This document shows, one piece after another, positions 36,102 through 46,644 of a stretch of DNA of 64,000 nt. Each line of letters opens with the position of its first letter. The first letter of the stretch is position 1. The stretch comes from an uncultured Spirochaetota bacterium. Lineage in GTDB: Bacteria; Spirochaetota; Spirochaetia; SZUA-6; Fen-1364. The DNA is taken from assembly GCA_963845535.1 (NCBI GenBank), contig CAWJSK010000015.1:64001-128000 (forward strand), given 5' to 3'. The translations under genes and the position numbers were made by a program. The notes under the pieces are model-generated. The model was not told the origin of the DNA. It worked only from the letters and a program-made list of their open reading frames with translations, and ran no database searches.

Positions 36102-37769
36102 ATGAAGCTTGTGATAATCGGAGGAGTCGCCGGAGGAGCCACGGCCGCGGCGCGGGCGCGCAGGATCAGCGAAAGCGCTGAGATCACCATCGTGGAACGC
36201 GGCCCGTACGTATCATACGCCAATTGCGGACTTCCTTATTTCATCTCGGGAGACATCAAGAAGCGTTCGCGCCTCCTCCTGCAGACGCCGGAAGGGTTCG
36301 ACAGCCGCTACGCGGTCAAGGTCCTTACCGAGACCGAGGCGCTGGAGATCGACAGGGCCGGCCGGCGCGTCCGTGTGCGCGGACCGGAAGGGGAGAGTTA
36401 TCTCCCCTATGACAAGCTCATCCTGGCGCAGGGCGGACGTCCCATTGTTCCCGCAGTGGCTGGAGCGGATGCGCCGAACGTATTCACAATCTGGACGGTT
36501 CCCGACATGGACCGGATCAACGATTACATCGAGAAAAAAAGCCCGCTTTCGGCGGTGATCGTGGGAGGCGGCTTCATTGGCCTGGAAATGGCGGAGGCAT
36601 TCACCCGGCGCGGAATGGAAACGACCGTCGTTGAAATGATGCCTCGCCTGATGCCTGCCCTTGATCCCGAGTTCGGCTCCCTGATCTCCCAACGCCTGGA
36701 GTCCCGCGGTGTTCGCGCGATGGTTGGAAAAGGCATCACGGCCATCCACTCATCACCGCGCCAGGTCGAGCTGGAGGGGGGGACGCGCGTGTCCGCCGAC
36801 ATGGTCCTTCTCTCCGTCGGCGTACGGCCTGAGACGGAGCTTGCCCGCGCTTCGGGTCTTGCCATCGGTGAGGCCCGCGGCCTGCTCGTGGACCAGCGGA
36901 TGCAGACATCGGATCCTGACATCTATGCGGTGGGAGACATGGTTGAGATTGTTCACCGGGTGCTCGGCCGCAGTGTCCGCATTCCGCTCGCAGGGCCCGC
37001 CAACCGCCAGGGGCGTGTGGCTGCTTCCAACGCGCTGGGAGTCCCCCTGAGATACGCGGGCGGCCTGGGAACGAGCGTCGTGAAGGTTTTCGACGCCGCC
37101 GTGTCCAGCACCGGGCTCACGGAAGCCGCAGCGCTGGCGGCCGGGCTTGACGCGGGGGCCGCGGTTGTCGTGAAGGAGCACCACGCCGGCTACTACCCCG
37201 GCGCCCATGAGCTCTACCTGAAAGTCGTTTATGATCGCGGGACCGGACGCCTCCTGGGAGCGCAGGCGTTCGGTGAAGAAGGAGTGGAGAAGCGGGTGGA
37301 CGTGGTCGCCACGGCCCTGGCAGGCGGGATGAACCTCCAGGCGGTGGCGGACCTTGACCTTGCGTACGCGCCGCCGTTCTCTTCCGCAAACGACCCGGTG
37401 AATATGGCGGCGTTCGTCGCCTTGAACGATCTTTCGGCCTTCAGCCCGACCATTACCGCGGGCGCGCTGAAGCGCGCCCCGAAATCGCCCTCCGCGGACC
37501 GGCAGCCCCTTCTTCTGGACGTAAGGACCTTGAACGAGTTCGAGACATCGCACCTGAAGGGCGCCATGCACATCCCGCTGGATGAGCTGCGTTTCCGCCT
37601 GGATGAGCTTCCCCGCGGGAAGCCGATCATCCTGTACTGCCGGAGCGGATACCGGGCGCACCTGGCTTTGAGGATTCTGAAAGAGAACGCCTTTGAGGAC
37701 GTGAGGAACATTACAGGGGGCTTCCTCAGTATCATTGCCGAAGGCGGCTTCGAGATCGAGTCATCGTAA
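36102..37769 (+). CDS. CoA-disulfide/persulfide reductase with rhodanese domain (CoADR-RHD)
   Basis: GGVAGGA, SYANCGLPY, GGGFIGLE, YAPPFS, YCRSGYRA. Confidence 0.93.
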   Translation: MKLVIIGGVAGGATAAARARRISESAEITIVERGPYVSYANCGLPYFISGDIKKRSRLLLQTPEGFDSRYAVKVLTETEALEIDRAGRRVRVRGPEGESYLPYDKLILAQGGRPIVPAVAGADAPNVFTIWTVPDMDRINDYIEKKSPLSAVIVGGGFIGLEMAEAFTRRGMETTVVEMMPRLMPALDPEFGSLISQRLESRGVRAMVGKGITAIHSSPRQVELEGGTRVSADMVLLSVGVRPETELARASGLAIGEARGLLVDQRMQTSDPDIYAVGDMVEIVHRVLGRSVRIPLAGPANRQGRVAASNALGVPLRYAGGLGTSVVKVFDAAVSSTGLTEAAALAAGLDAGAAVVVKEHHAGYYPGAHELYLKVVYDRGTGRLLGAQAFGEEGVEKRVDVVATALAGGMNLQAVADLDLAYAPPFSSANDPVNMAAFVALNDLSAFSPTITAGALKRAPKSPSADRQPLLLDVRTLNEFETSHLKGAMHIPLDELRFRLDELPRGKPIILYCRSGYRAHLALRILKENAFEDVRNITGGFLSIIAEGGFEIESS

Positions 37770-37790
37770 CCCTGGAGGAGGATTGGTTTC

Positions 37791-38060
37791 ATGAGCACAG
37801 TCAAGGAAAAGATCGCCAAAGGCGCCCGTATCATTGACGTGAGGACACCCGCGGAGTTCAGGGATGGATCATACCCCGGGGCAATCAACATCCCCCTTGC
37901 GTCCCTTATGGCGCGTATGAATGAGCTGGAGCCCAAGGACGCTCCGATCGTGCTGTTCTGCGCCTCCGGCGCCCGCAGCGCCCAGGGCGCACGGCTTCTG
38001 AAGACGGCGGGGTTCTCGGACGTCGTCAACGCCGGCGGCCTCGAGGACATGCCGCAGTGA
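37791..38060 (+). CDS. Single-domain rhodanese
   Basis: IDVRTPAEF..GAINIP..FCASGARS. Confidence 0.92.
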   Translation: MSTVKEKIAKGARIIDVRTPAEFRDGSYPGAINIPLASLMARMNELEPKDAPIVLFCASGARSAQGARLLKTAGFSDVVNAGGLEDMPQ

Positions 38061-38094
38061 GCTCCCCGCGCCGTTCGGCGAGCCAGGGGGAGGC

Positions 38095-38679
38095 ATGAGC
38101 TACGTCGACCCCCCGGCCAGGATCCCGGTGATCCTTCGGCTTGCCATCTTTCTCGTGGAAAGGCGCCTCGGGAAAACGCTCCTTGCCACCCGCGTCCTTG
38201 CCTGGTATCCGAAGCTCCTGATCGGTTCGGGGATCATGGAGAGCCTTGTCGCCCATGACGAGCCCGAGGTGCCCCGGCGGCTTCTGGGCCTGATCCGCCT
38301 GCGTACGTCGTTTCTGGTTTCCTGCCCTTTCTGCATCGACATGAACGGGAAAGAGCTGCTGGAGCGCGGGATCAGCGCCCGGGAGATCAGCGCGCTGCAA
38401 GGGCGCATTCCCCTTGGAGAAGTCTCTTCCTTCAGCGAAAGGGAGCGAGTGGCGATGGCGTATGTACAGTGCATCTGTTCCACGCCGCTTGCTTTCCCGG
38501 CGGCGCTGATCGAACGGGTCCGTTCCCATTTCTCCCCGCGCGCCATCGTCATCATCGCGGGCACGTGCGCTCAGGTGAACTTCTGGGCTCGGCTCATCCA
38601 ATCCCTCGGCGCTCCGCCGGCGGGGTTCTCCGCGCAATGGCCCATCCTGAATCTCGAGGCGTACACGACTCTCAAATAG
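38095..38679 (+). CDS. Carboxymuconolactone decarboxylase/AhpD family protein
   Basis: LIRLRTS..SCPFCID, FSERERVAM. Confidence 0.85.
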   Translation: MSYVDPPARIPVILRLAIFLVERRLGKTLLATRVLAWYPKLLIGSGIMESLVAHDEPEVPRRLLGLIRLRTSFLVSCPFCIDMNGKELLERGISAREISALQGRIPLGEVSSFSERERVAMAYVQCICSTPLAFPAALIERVRSHFSPRAIVIIAGTCAQVNFWARLIQSLGAPPAGFSAQWPILNLEAYTTLK

Positions 38680-38726
38680 CCGCTGGTTCTGGACTTTTTC
38701 CCACCCCCTCGCTAAGTTTCTTCACA

Positions 38727-41288
38727 ATGTCAAAAGGTGGTCGGCCGAAGTCGGTTTCTGACCGCGCGGCTGGATCGTCCGTAATTGAAGCGCGGCAACG
38801 CGCCATGCCCTTGCTTTCCCGGTTGGACCCCGTTTTTGTCTTCCAGCGGGAAACACGAGGAGGAGGACTGCGCCTCGTGGCCCAGAACGACGCCGCATCC
38901 CGCCTCGTGGACCCTGAGACGGCGGGAGGCAATGGTGACTCGCAGGCTTCCTCTCCCGCTTCCGACCCTCAGATCGAGGCGCTCCTTCAGGCCTGCGCAG
39001 CCGCCGGAGCCGCCCGGAGGAGAGACGTGGTGTGGCGGTCTCTCGCTTCCGGTGACGAAAGACTGATGGGCCTGACCGCCGAGCCCCGCGAGCCTGATCT
39101 GGTCGTCCTTACCGTTGAGGACAGGGGAGGGGACCCGGAATCCCGTCGAAAGCTCGCCGTCATGCATGCGTTGGCGGAAATCTCCGCCGGCTGCGCCGGT
39201 CGAGTGGCGTTCCTGGCGAACACCGCGCGTCTCCTTCAAGGCTACCTGGGAACCGACCAGGTCAGCTTCTGTGAGAACGCAAGGGCTTCTGATGACCCCG
39301 AGATCCAGGAAGTCCCCGTGCGCGCGGAAGGCGCTTCCCTTGGCCTGCTGCGCATTCGGGCTCCGGCGCCCATGGACGCGTTCACGCTCGAGTTCCTGGA
39401 GACCCTGGGCAACCTCATGGGGGAGACCCTGCGACGGATCGATCAGGAAACCCTGCTTTCGGACACTGAGGAGTACTATCAACTTCTTGCCGCCAGCACA
39501 GACAGCGCCATCGTCATTTTCGACGCCCAGGGAAGGATCCGCGGCTGGAACGCCGCGGCAGAGAAAATGTACGAGTACAGCGCGTCCGAGGTCGTCGGCA
39601 GGAGCTGCGCCGTCCTGTATTCGGAGGAGGACGTGGCGCGCGGCAAGCCTGAGGACGACCTTCGCCGGGCCCGTCAGAAAGGGGCCTTCCAGGAAGAAGA
39701 AGCCATCCGCAAGCGCAGGGACGGCGAGCTGTTCGTGGCCAGCGCCAGGACGACCGCGCTCATCGACGATGAAGGGAGCCTCCGGGGATATGCCCGAACG
39801 CTTCGCGACATCACGGCGCGCAAGAAGAGCGAAACCGAGCTCCGCCGCAACCTGGCGGCTCTCGACAAGCGCGTACGCGAGCTGCGGTGCCTGTACGAGG
39901 TTGCCGCGCTGATCAGCGACCAGGCGCTCCCTCTGCCGTCGGTCATGCGCGGCGTGACGGACCTCGTCGCGCGGTCGTACCAGTACCCGGATATCACGTG
40001 CGTGAGGATCCGCGTCGGGGAGGACGTCTACGAGACGGAGGGTTTCGTGGAAACCGCATGGGAGCAGACCGCCACCGTCGGCACCCTCTCTTTGAACCAG
40101 GGGACGCTCCAGGTCTGCTACCGCGAGGAGCGGCCCGAGGCCGATGAAGGCCCTTTCAGCGAGGAGGAGCGGGATCTCATCGAGAGCATCGGCCAGCTCC
40201 TGGGAGACTTTCTCGAAAGGCGGATGACAGCCGACGCCCTGCGGAGGACCAACGCCCTGCTGGAGACCCTCTTCGCCAGCACGAACTACAAGATCGCTTT
40301 TCTCGACAACGATTTCCGCTATATCAGGGTCAATGACTCGTACGCGCGCTCATGGGGGCGCGAAGCCGCCGACTACGTCGGGGGCAGCCATCTGGAGCTC
40401 TTTCCCGGGGACGCGCAGATCTTCCGCGAGGTGCTTCGCACGGGCATCCCGTACATCGCGGCTGACAAGCTTCGCGAGGTCCCGGGCCATGACAGCTCTT
40501 CGTCCCCGACCTACTGGGATTGGGAGCTGTTTCCCATGTCGGGCGAGGGGATCGCGGGGTTCGTGCTCATCCTCGTGGACAGGACCCGTCGGCACATGGC
40601 GCGCAGGGACCTGGAGACCTCCCGCGAGGAGCTTCGCAAGCTCGCCTCCCATTTGCAGGAGCTTCGTGAGGATGAGAGGAAGTACATCGCTCGGGAGATC
40701 CATGACGAGCTCGGGGGGCTGCTGACCGCCCTGAAGATGGAGATATCGCTCCTGGGAAAGGGGCAATCCCCTCTCACCGGTTCGTGCCTGGATTCGTACG
40801 ACTCCGCCCTTGGTCTCGTGGACCAGTCGATCTCCATGATCCAGAGGATCACCTCGAACCTCAGGCCCCGGATTCTTGATGACTTCGGCCTGGTGCCGGC
40901 AATGGAATGGCATCTGAAGGACTTTCAGAAGCGCTCAGGGATCACCTGCTCCTTGAAAGCCGGCGGGAGAAGCCTCATGATGGAGAAGAACAGGGCCGCC
41001 GCCGTGTTCAGGATATTCCAGGAAGCGCTGACCAACGTCGCGCGTCACGCGCAGGCCACCTCGGTGAACATCGCGCTTCGCGCCCGGGGCGGGAAGCTGC
41101 ACATGAAGGTCGCGGACAACGGGATCGGGATCGAGGAATCCCGGGTGGTGGCGGCATCCTCGTATGGGATCATGGGCATCCGCGAGCGCGCGCAATCCCT
41201 CGGCGGCCAGGTGAAAATCCATGGCCATCAGGGCAAAGGCACGACGCTGGAGCTGGAGATCCCGCTGCCGGTAGAGGAGGGGGGATGA
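38727..41288 (+). CDS. Cytoplasmic multi-PAS sensor histidine kinase (HisKA_3/UhpB-NarX type); start uncertain
   Basis: PAS (WNAAAEKMYEY), IAREIHDELGG, FRIFQEALTNVARHA, DNGIG, GIMGIRERA. Confidence 0.9.
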   Translation: MSKGGRPKSVSDRAAGSSVIEARQRAMPLLSRLDPVFVFQRETRGGGLRLVAQNDAASRLVDPETAGGNGDSQASSPASDPQIEALLQACAAAGAARRRDVVWRSLASGDERLMGLTAEPREPDLVVLTVEDRGGDPESRRKLAVMHALAEISAGCAGRVAFLANTARLLQGYLGTDQVSFCENARASDDPEIQEVPVRAEGASLGLLRIRAPAPMDAFTLEFLETLGNLMGETLRRIDQETLLSDTEEYYQLLAASTDSAIVIFDAQGRIRGWNAAAEKMYEYSASEVVGRSCAVLYSEEDVARGKPEDDLRRARQKGAFQEEEAIRKRRDGELFVASARTTALIDDEGSLRGYARTLRDITARKKSETELRRNLAALDKRVRELRCLYEVAALISDQALPLPSVMRGVTDLVARSYQYPDITCVRIRVGEDVYETEGFVETAWEQTATVGTLSLNQGTLQVCYREERPEADEGPFSEEERDLIESIGQLLGDFLERRMTADALRRTNALLETLFASTNYKIAFLDNDFRYIRVNDSYARSWGREAADYVGGSHLELFPGDAQIFREVLRTGIPYIAADKLREVPGHDSSSSPTYWDWELFPMSGEGIAGFVLILVDRTRRHMARRDLETSREELRKLASHLQELREDERKYIAREIHDELGGLLTALKMEISLLGKGQSPLTGSCLDSYDSALGLVDQSISMIQRITSNLRPRILDDFGLVPAMEWHLKDFQKRSGITCSLKAGGRSLMMEKNRAAAVFRIFQEALTNVARHAQATSVNIALRARGGKLHMKVADNGIGIEESRVVAASSYGIMGIRERAQSLGGQVKIHGHQGKGTTLELEIPLPVEEGG

Positions 41289-41914
41289 TCAAGGCGATAG
41301 TCTGCGACGACCATCCGATTTTTCGCGAAGGCTTGAAAAAGATCATTGGCCAGTCCCGCGACATCACCGTCACGGAGGAAGTGAGCGACGGTCCGGCTCT
41401 GATGGAGAAGCTCAAAGGCCGCAGGTTCGACGTGATCATCCTCGACATTTCCCTTCCGGGGGTCAACGGCCTGGACATCCTGAAAGACCTTCGCACGGCA
41501 GGAAAGTCCACGCCGGTGCTGATCCTGAGCATGCATCCGGAAGAGCAGTACGCCGTTCGAGCCCTGCGGGCCGGAGCATCCGGCTACGTGGCCAAGGCGA
41601 GCGTCCCGGAGGAGTTGCTGGCTGCAATTCGGAAAGTCGCCGCGGGGCGCAAGTACGTGAGCCCCAGCCTCGCAGAACAACTGGCGTCCGAGCTGGACGG
41701 GTCCTCGGAGAAGCCTCCGCACGAGAGGTTGTCCGACCGGGAGTTTCAGATCATGCGGATGATTGCCTCGGGACGGAAGGTCAAGGAAATAGCCGCCGAC
41801 CTCTGCCTCAGCCCGGCAACCATTGGCACCTACCGGGCGCGGATCCTCTCCAAGCTGAACCTCCAGAGCAACGCCGAGCTCATCCACTATACAATAGAAA
41901 ACAAGCTCGCATAG
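41285..41914 (+). CDS. NarL/UvrY-type response regulator
   Basis: DDHPIFREG, LDISLPG, LSDREFQ LuxR HTH. Confidence 0.95.
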   Translation: MIKAIVCDDHPIFREGLKKIIGQSRDITVTEEVSDGPALMEKLKGRRFDVIILDISLPGVNGLDILKDLRTAGKSTPVLILSMHPEEQYAVRALRAGASGYVAKASVPEELLAAIRKVAAGRKYVSPSLAEQLASELDGSSEKPPHERLSDREFQIMRMIASGRKVKEIAADLCLSPATIGTYRARILSKLNLQSNAELIHYTIENKLA

Positions 41915-42066
41915 ACCAGCCGGTCCCATGACACCGGCTGTAAAATTCCATTGACCGAAAAATCATTCTCCTGATGATATCTTCCTGGCATGGCGTGCTT
42001 TACCCTTTCGGGACAGGGCCGAGGACCGCGGCCCGCCGAAGAACCAGGACAGCGTAGGGGTGTGAC

Positions 42067-42312
42067 GTGGAGGAAAAGATCGCCGAGTGCGCCGAGAGGA
42101 TCTGGACTCTGCTGGAGCAGGCTCAGGAGGTGAACATCCTTCGGCTGTCGGAGTTGCTGGGGGAGAGGAACGTGGTTGCCTACCAGGCGCTGGGATGGCT
42201 GGCACGGGAGAAGAAAATTCATTACGCGCAAAGAGGGAGCCAGGTTTTCATATCGCGTGAAGAGGAGGCCGATGCGCCTCCTGATCGAAGATCGTCGAGG
42301 AGGCGTGCATGA
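42067..42312 (+). CDS. Small winged-helix protein (DUF2582-like)
   Basis: IAECAERIWTLL...YQALGWLAREKKI. Confidence 0.8.
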   Translation: MEEKIAECAERIWTLLEQAQEVNILRLSELLGERNVVAYQALGWLAREKKIHYAQRGSQVFISREEEADAPPDRRSSRRRA

Positions 42313-44117
42313 AAAAAGGGATTTGGAGAGTCTGGGGTGTCGGGTTGGCGGCGGTTGTGCTGGCGGCGGCGCTGGTGAGCTGCCAGACGGCCAAACCAAA
42401 CACGGCGGGCAACTCCATTCAGACCGAGCAGGCGGGGCTGGCGCCCAACGGGGACAAGGCGCACGCCACCATCGATTTCACGCTGGTGTTCGCCAACACG
42501 GCGGCAATCAAGACGTGGAAGGTGGAGATGGTCAACGGGGGCAACCCGCAGAAGCAGTGGAGCGGGGACGCGAAAAGCCTGCCCTCCACCTTGACGTGGG
42601 ACGGGAAGAGCGAAAGCGCGTCCATCGCCCCCGAAGGGAACTACACGGGGAAGCTGACGGTGGACTACGGCAGCGGGACGGCAGCGGTCACCGCGGAGAG
42701 TAACTCCTTTGTCCTGGACATATCCCCGCCGACGGGGAGCGTGAGCTTTGACCCGCAGCAGTTCAGCCCTGACGCGCAGGGCGCGGTGCAGCCGGTGACG
42801 GTGAACATCAAGGGCAGCAGCGCGGTGGCCAAGATGGATAGCTGGTCGCTGGACATCATGGACCCGAATGGGACGGTGTTCCGCAGCTTTGACGGGAAGT
42901 GGCCCAGCGCGCAGGCGCAGTGGGACGGGAAGTCCACGAGCGGAAACATCGTGGCCCCCGGGGCATCGTACGGCGCCACGGCGACGCTGAAGGATGAGTT
43001 CGGGTTGACGGCGCAGGTGACCGGAGGGATCACGGTGGCCGGCACGCCCACCACCACGGTGGGGCAGGCTCCGGGGACCTTCCAGGTGACTCCGTTGACC
43101 ACGGGATTCTCCCCGAAGGGGACGGTGAAAGTCGAGAAGCTGTCCGTTGGCTACGGCAAGAGCGACGCGGTGAAGAGCTGGAAGCTGGAGATCCTGGATG
43201 GCAACGGATCAGCGGTGAAGACGTTCACCGGGGACGCTTCCAACATGCCCGCCACAACGAGCTGGGACGGGAACAACGACTCAGGGTCGATGTCCCCCGA
43301 GGGAGCGTACACGGCGCGGCTTTCGGTGGATTACGGCGGCGCCTACGCGGCGGGGACAACCACGAGTGACCGCTTTGTGCTGGACATCACCCCGCCGACG
43401 GGGAGCATCACGCTGTCCGAGCCGCTTTTCTCCCCCATCGAGGGCTCGCCCACCATCACGCTGACGGTGGACGCCAGCTCGCGCACGGCGAAGATCGATA
43501 GCTGGCGGATGGAAATCAATGATTCCGAGAATCACCTGTTCAAGGCGTTCGAGGCGAAATGGCCCACCAAGGACGCGGTGTGGAACGGCAAGGGGATCAA
43601 CGGTGACCTGGTGCAGTCCGCGGAGGACTACCCGGTGGTGGCGATGGTCAGGGACGAGTACGGCAACGCGGGAGAGCTGAAGTCAACGGTGCCGGTGGAT
43701 ATCCTGGTGGAGAAGACGGCCACGGGGTTCAGGATCTTGAGCTCGCGGATCTTCTTCAAGGCGTACACCGCGAACTACCAGGACGTCAGGCCTGACCTGG
43801 CGGCGCAGAACCTGCAGCGGTTGAATGACCTGGGGGCCAAGCTGAAGAAGTTCCCCAACTACAGGATCAAGCTCGTCGGGCACGCGGTGATGATCCACTG
43901 GGACAACAAGGCGCTGGGGGACATCGAGCAGCGGGACGTGCTGATACCGCTGTCTCAGGCGCGGGCGGAAGCCATCAAAAAGGCGCTTGTTGACCGGGGG
44001 TTGAATGATTCGATGTTCACCACCCAGGGGGTGGGGGCGTCGGACCAGTTGGTGCCTGACAGCAACCTGGCTGACCGGTGGCAGAACCGCAGGGTGGCCT
44101 TCTTCCTGGAGAAGTAA
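42309..44117 (+). CDS. Lipoprotein with repeated FlgD-like Ig modules and C-terminal OmpA domain
   Basis: Lipobox LVSC; repeated WDG..PEG.YT..FVLDI.PPTG modules; LSQARAEAIK..NRRVAF. Confidence 0.85.
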   Translation: MKKGIWRVWGVGLAAVVLAAALVSCQTAKPNTAGNSIQTEQAGLAPNGDKAHATIDFTLVFANTAAIKTWKVEMVNGGNPQKQWSGDAKSLPSTLTWDGKSESASIAPEGNYTGKLTVDYGSGTAAVTAESNSFVLDISPPTGSVSFDPQQFSPDAQGAVQPVTVNIKGSSAVAKMDSWSLDIMDPNGTVFRSFDGKWPSAQAQWDGKSTSGNIVAPGASYGATATLKDEFGLTAQVTGGITVAGTPTTTVGQAPGTFQVTPLTTGFSPKGTVKVEKLSVGYGKSDAVKSWKLEILDGNGSAVKTFTGDASNMPATTSWDGNNDSGSMSPEGAYTARLSVDYGGAYAAGTTTSDRFVLDITPPTGSITLSEPLFSPIEGSPTITLTVDASSRTAKIDSWRMEINDSENHLFKAFEAKWPTKDAVWNGKGINGDLVQSAEDYPVVAMVRDEYGNAGELKSTVPVDILVEKTATGFRILSSRIFFKAYTANYQDVRPDLAAQNLQRLNDLGAKLKKFPNYRIKLVGHAVMIHWDNKALGDIEQRDVLIPLSQARAEAIKKALVDRGLNDSMFTTQGVGASDQLVPDSNLADRWQNRRVAFFLEK

Positions 44118-44154
44118 GCAGAGGCTTTTGCAGCAGGCAGAGGCTTTTGAAATG

Positions 44155-44182
44155 GAAGGGGCCGCCGAAAGGCGGTCCCTTC
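44155..44182. terminator. Hairpin terminator between convergent genes
   Basis: GAAGGGGCCGCC-GAAA-GGCGGTCCCTTC; preceded by a 13-bp direct repeat GCAGAGGCTTTTG (44118, 44137). Confidence 0.8.
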
Positions 44183-44197
44183 TTCCCCAGCCGCTCT

Positions 44198-45735
44198 CTA
44201 TCTGCTCATCCCAATCGTTACGTCAGTGCCTTTCCTGTTGATCTTGAATGTGACGTCCTTCCTCGCTGTGTCGTTCAGGAGCTTGTAGAAGTCCATGATC
44301 GTGTGAACGTCGCGTCCGTTGATCTGGCCGACGACATCCCCCGGCCGAAGACCCGCAATCGAGGCGGGACTTTCATTATCCGCTGAGTCGCTGCCGGGCA
44401 AGTACGCCACCACCACGCCTTCAACGCCCTTGGCGAGCCCGGCGTCCTGCCTGATCTGGTCGTTGATGCGCACAACGGTGACTCCCGGCCAGAGGTACTT
44501 GTAGGACGTGACGTCGCTCGTGTCATCAGGACGAACGCCCAGTGAGATCGGGAGCCTCATCTTCTCTCCATAGCGGACAATCTCGAAGTCATACGGGCGG
44601 CCGGCAATGAGGTCCCCCACTGCCTGGATCAAGTGGTCACGGTCAGGGATGTCTTCGCCGTTCACCCGGGTTATGTAATCCCCGGGAAGCATCCCTCCCT
44701 TTTCCGCCGGGGAGTTGTGGTATACGTTGATGACGAGAGCGCCCTTCACGCCGGTCACTTTCAGGTCCCGGGCCACGCCGGGGTAGGAGTCATTGTTCGG
44801 GTCCGAAGCCTGGATGTCGTCCGGCATGACTCCGAGCCATCCGTATTCCACCTTCCCTTTCGAGATGAAATCATCGATGGCCTTCTTGGCATTGTTGACG
44901 GGAATGGCGAACCCCAGCCCGACGCTCCCGCCCGTGGGCGCCGCGATCCAGGTGTTGATTCCCACAACTTCTCCTCTCACGTTCACGAGCGCCCCGCCTG
45001 AGTTGCCCTGGTTGATGGCCGCGTCCGTTTGGATGTAGTCCGTGTTCGGCGCCACCTGGCCGCTGGGTCCGCGCCTGCCCAGCGCGCTCACGATTCCCAT
45101 GGTGATGGTGTTCTCGAACCCGAGCGGGTTCCCGACGGCAAGCACGATGTCCCCCACCTGCAGCAGATTCGAGTCGCCGAGGTCAGCAACGGGGAGGGCA
45201 TCCCTGCTGTCGAAGGAGACCACCGCCAGGTCCTTGCGCGGGTCTGTGCCGACCACTTTCGCCTTGAAGACCCGCTGGTCCGCAAGCTTCACGCTGATGT
45301 TCGTTGCCTGGTCCACGACGTGGTTGTTCGTGAGGATGTAGTAAGTCCCGGGCCCCTTCTTCACGAGGATCCCCGACCCGAGGCCGCTCCTCCTGAACTG
45401 CCTCTCTCCCCCCTGCCTCCGCCCGGGGGCTGGTTGAAGAACCAGTCGAAGGGCGACTGCATGGGAGCGTTCTGCTTCACGACTTCCGTGACGTCGATCT
45501 CAACCACGACGGGAAGCACCTTCTTGGCCACTTCCCGGAATGAGTATTGAATGGTTTCGAGGTTTTTCGTCGCTTCCGCCAGGGCCTGGGGGTTGGGCGA
45601 GCTGGTGAGAGTGCCGGTTTGCGACGCGCCCTGGCCGCTCACCGCCTCCGCTCTGCCGGACGCGTATGCCAGGCCCGCGGCGCCGAGAAGCGCGGCAAGG
45701 CCGATGCATACTATCCGGTCCGTCCTTTTTCTCAT
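44198..45735 (-). CDS. HtrA/DegP (Do) serine protease with 2 PDZ domains, frameshifted near 45415
   Basis: LTNNHVV, DLAVV, QTDAAINQGNSGGAL; N-terminus in another frame, G-run missing one base. Confidence 0.9.
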
Positions 45736-45850
45736 GAGAACACCTCCACCGAAAAGATACAGAATACTCGCACAAAGATACAGGATGCTCGTCCCCGATA
45801 TGGCCTTGCCATTGTTAATTTTCCTTAATCTACTACCCGTACAGCGTGCC

Positions 45851-46644
45851 ATGAACAACGAGCAGATCAAATCCACCCTGCAGACGCTGCGCGCAACGGC
45901 CGAGGACTTCACCGTCATCCTCTCCGGCAAGAAGAGCCGCAAGGTCCACGGCCTGTACAAGCCTGACAGCCGTGAGATCATCATCCACAACAAGAACTTC
46001 ACCAACGACAACGAGCTCCTGTACACGGCCATCCACGAGTACGCGCACCACATCCAGTTCACGACATCGGCGACCCCTCCGTCCGCCCGCACCCACACCA
46101 CGGCGTTCTGGAATCTTTTCCACACCCTCCTTTTCGAGGCGGAGGGAAAGGGCATCTACACGAATCCATTCGAACAGATCGAGGAGCTGCGTGACCTTAC
46201 GCGGCGCATCCGTGAGAAGTTCCTCGCCCCAAGCGGATCCCTGATGAAGGAGCTGGGGAAGCTCCTCATCCAGGCGCATGGCATCTGTGAGAAGCACGGC
46301 ACGAACTTCTCCGATTACCTCGACCGGGTCCTCTCCCTGCCGCGCGCCAGCGCCCAGCTCATCATGAAATCCCACACCCTGGATATCGACCCCCGGGTCG
46401 GCTTCGAGAACATGCGAAGCCTTGCTGGGATCCGCGATAACGGGTCCCGGGGGCGGGCGCAGGCGGAGCTGCTGGAAGGGCATTCGCCTGACATGGTGAA
46501 GGCGAAGTACTCCGAGCGCCCGGCGCCCGGGATCCCCGTCAGGCCCTGCAGCGGGAGCGCGAGCGCCTGGAACGGATGATCGAGCGCCTTCGCAAGCGCC
46601 TGAAGGAGATTGAAAAGCGCATCGAAGCGTCAGGGAAGGAGTGA
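45851..46644 (+). CDS. Hypothetical protein with HExxH motif, frameshifted near 46530
   Basis: YTAIHEYAHH..RTH..FW; the coiled-coil C-terminus DPRQALQRERERLER...SGKE* is in a shifted frame. Confidence 0.7.
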
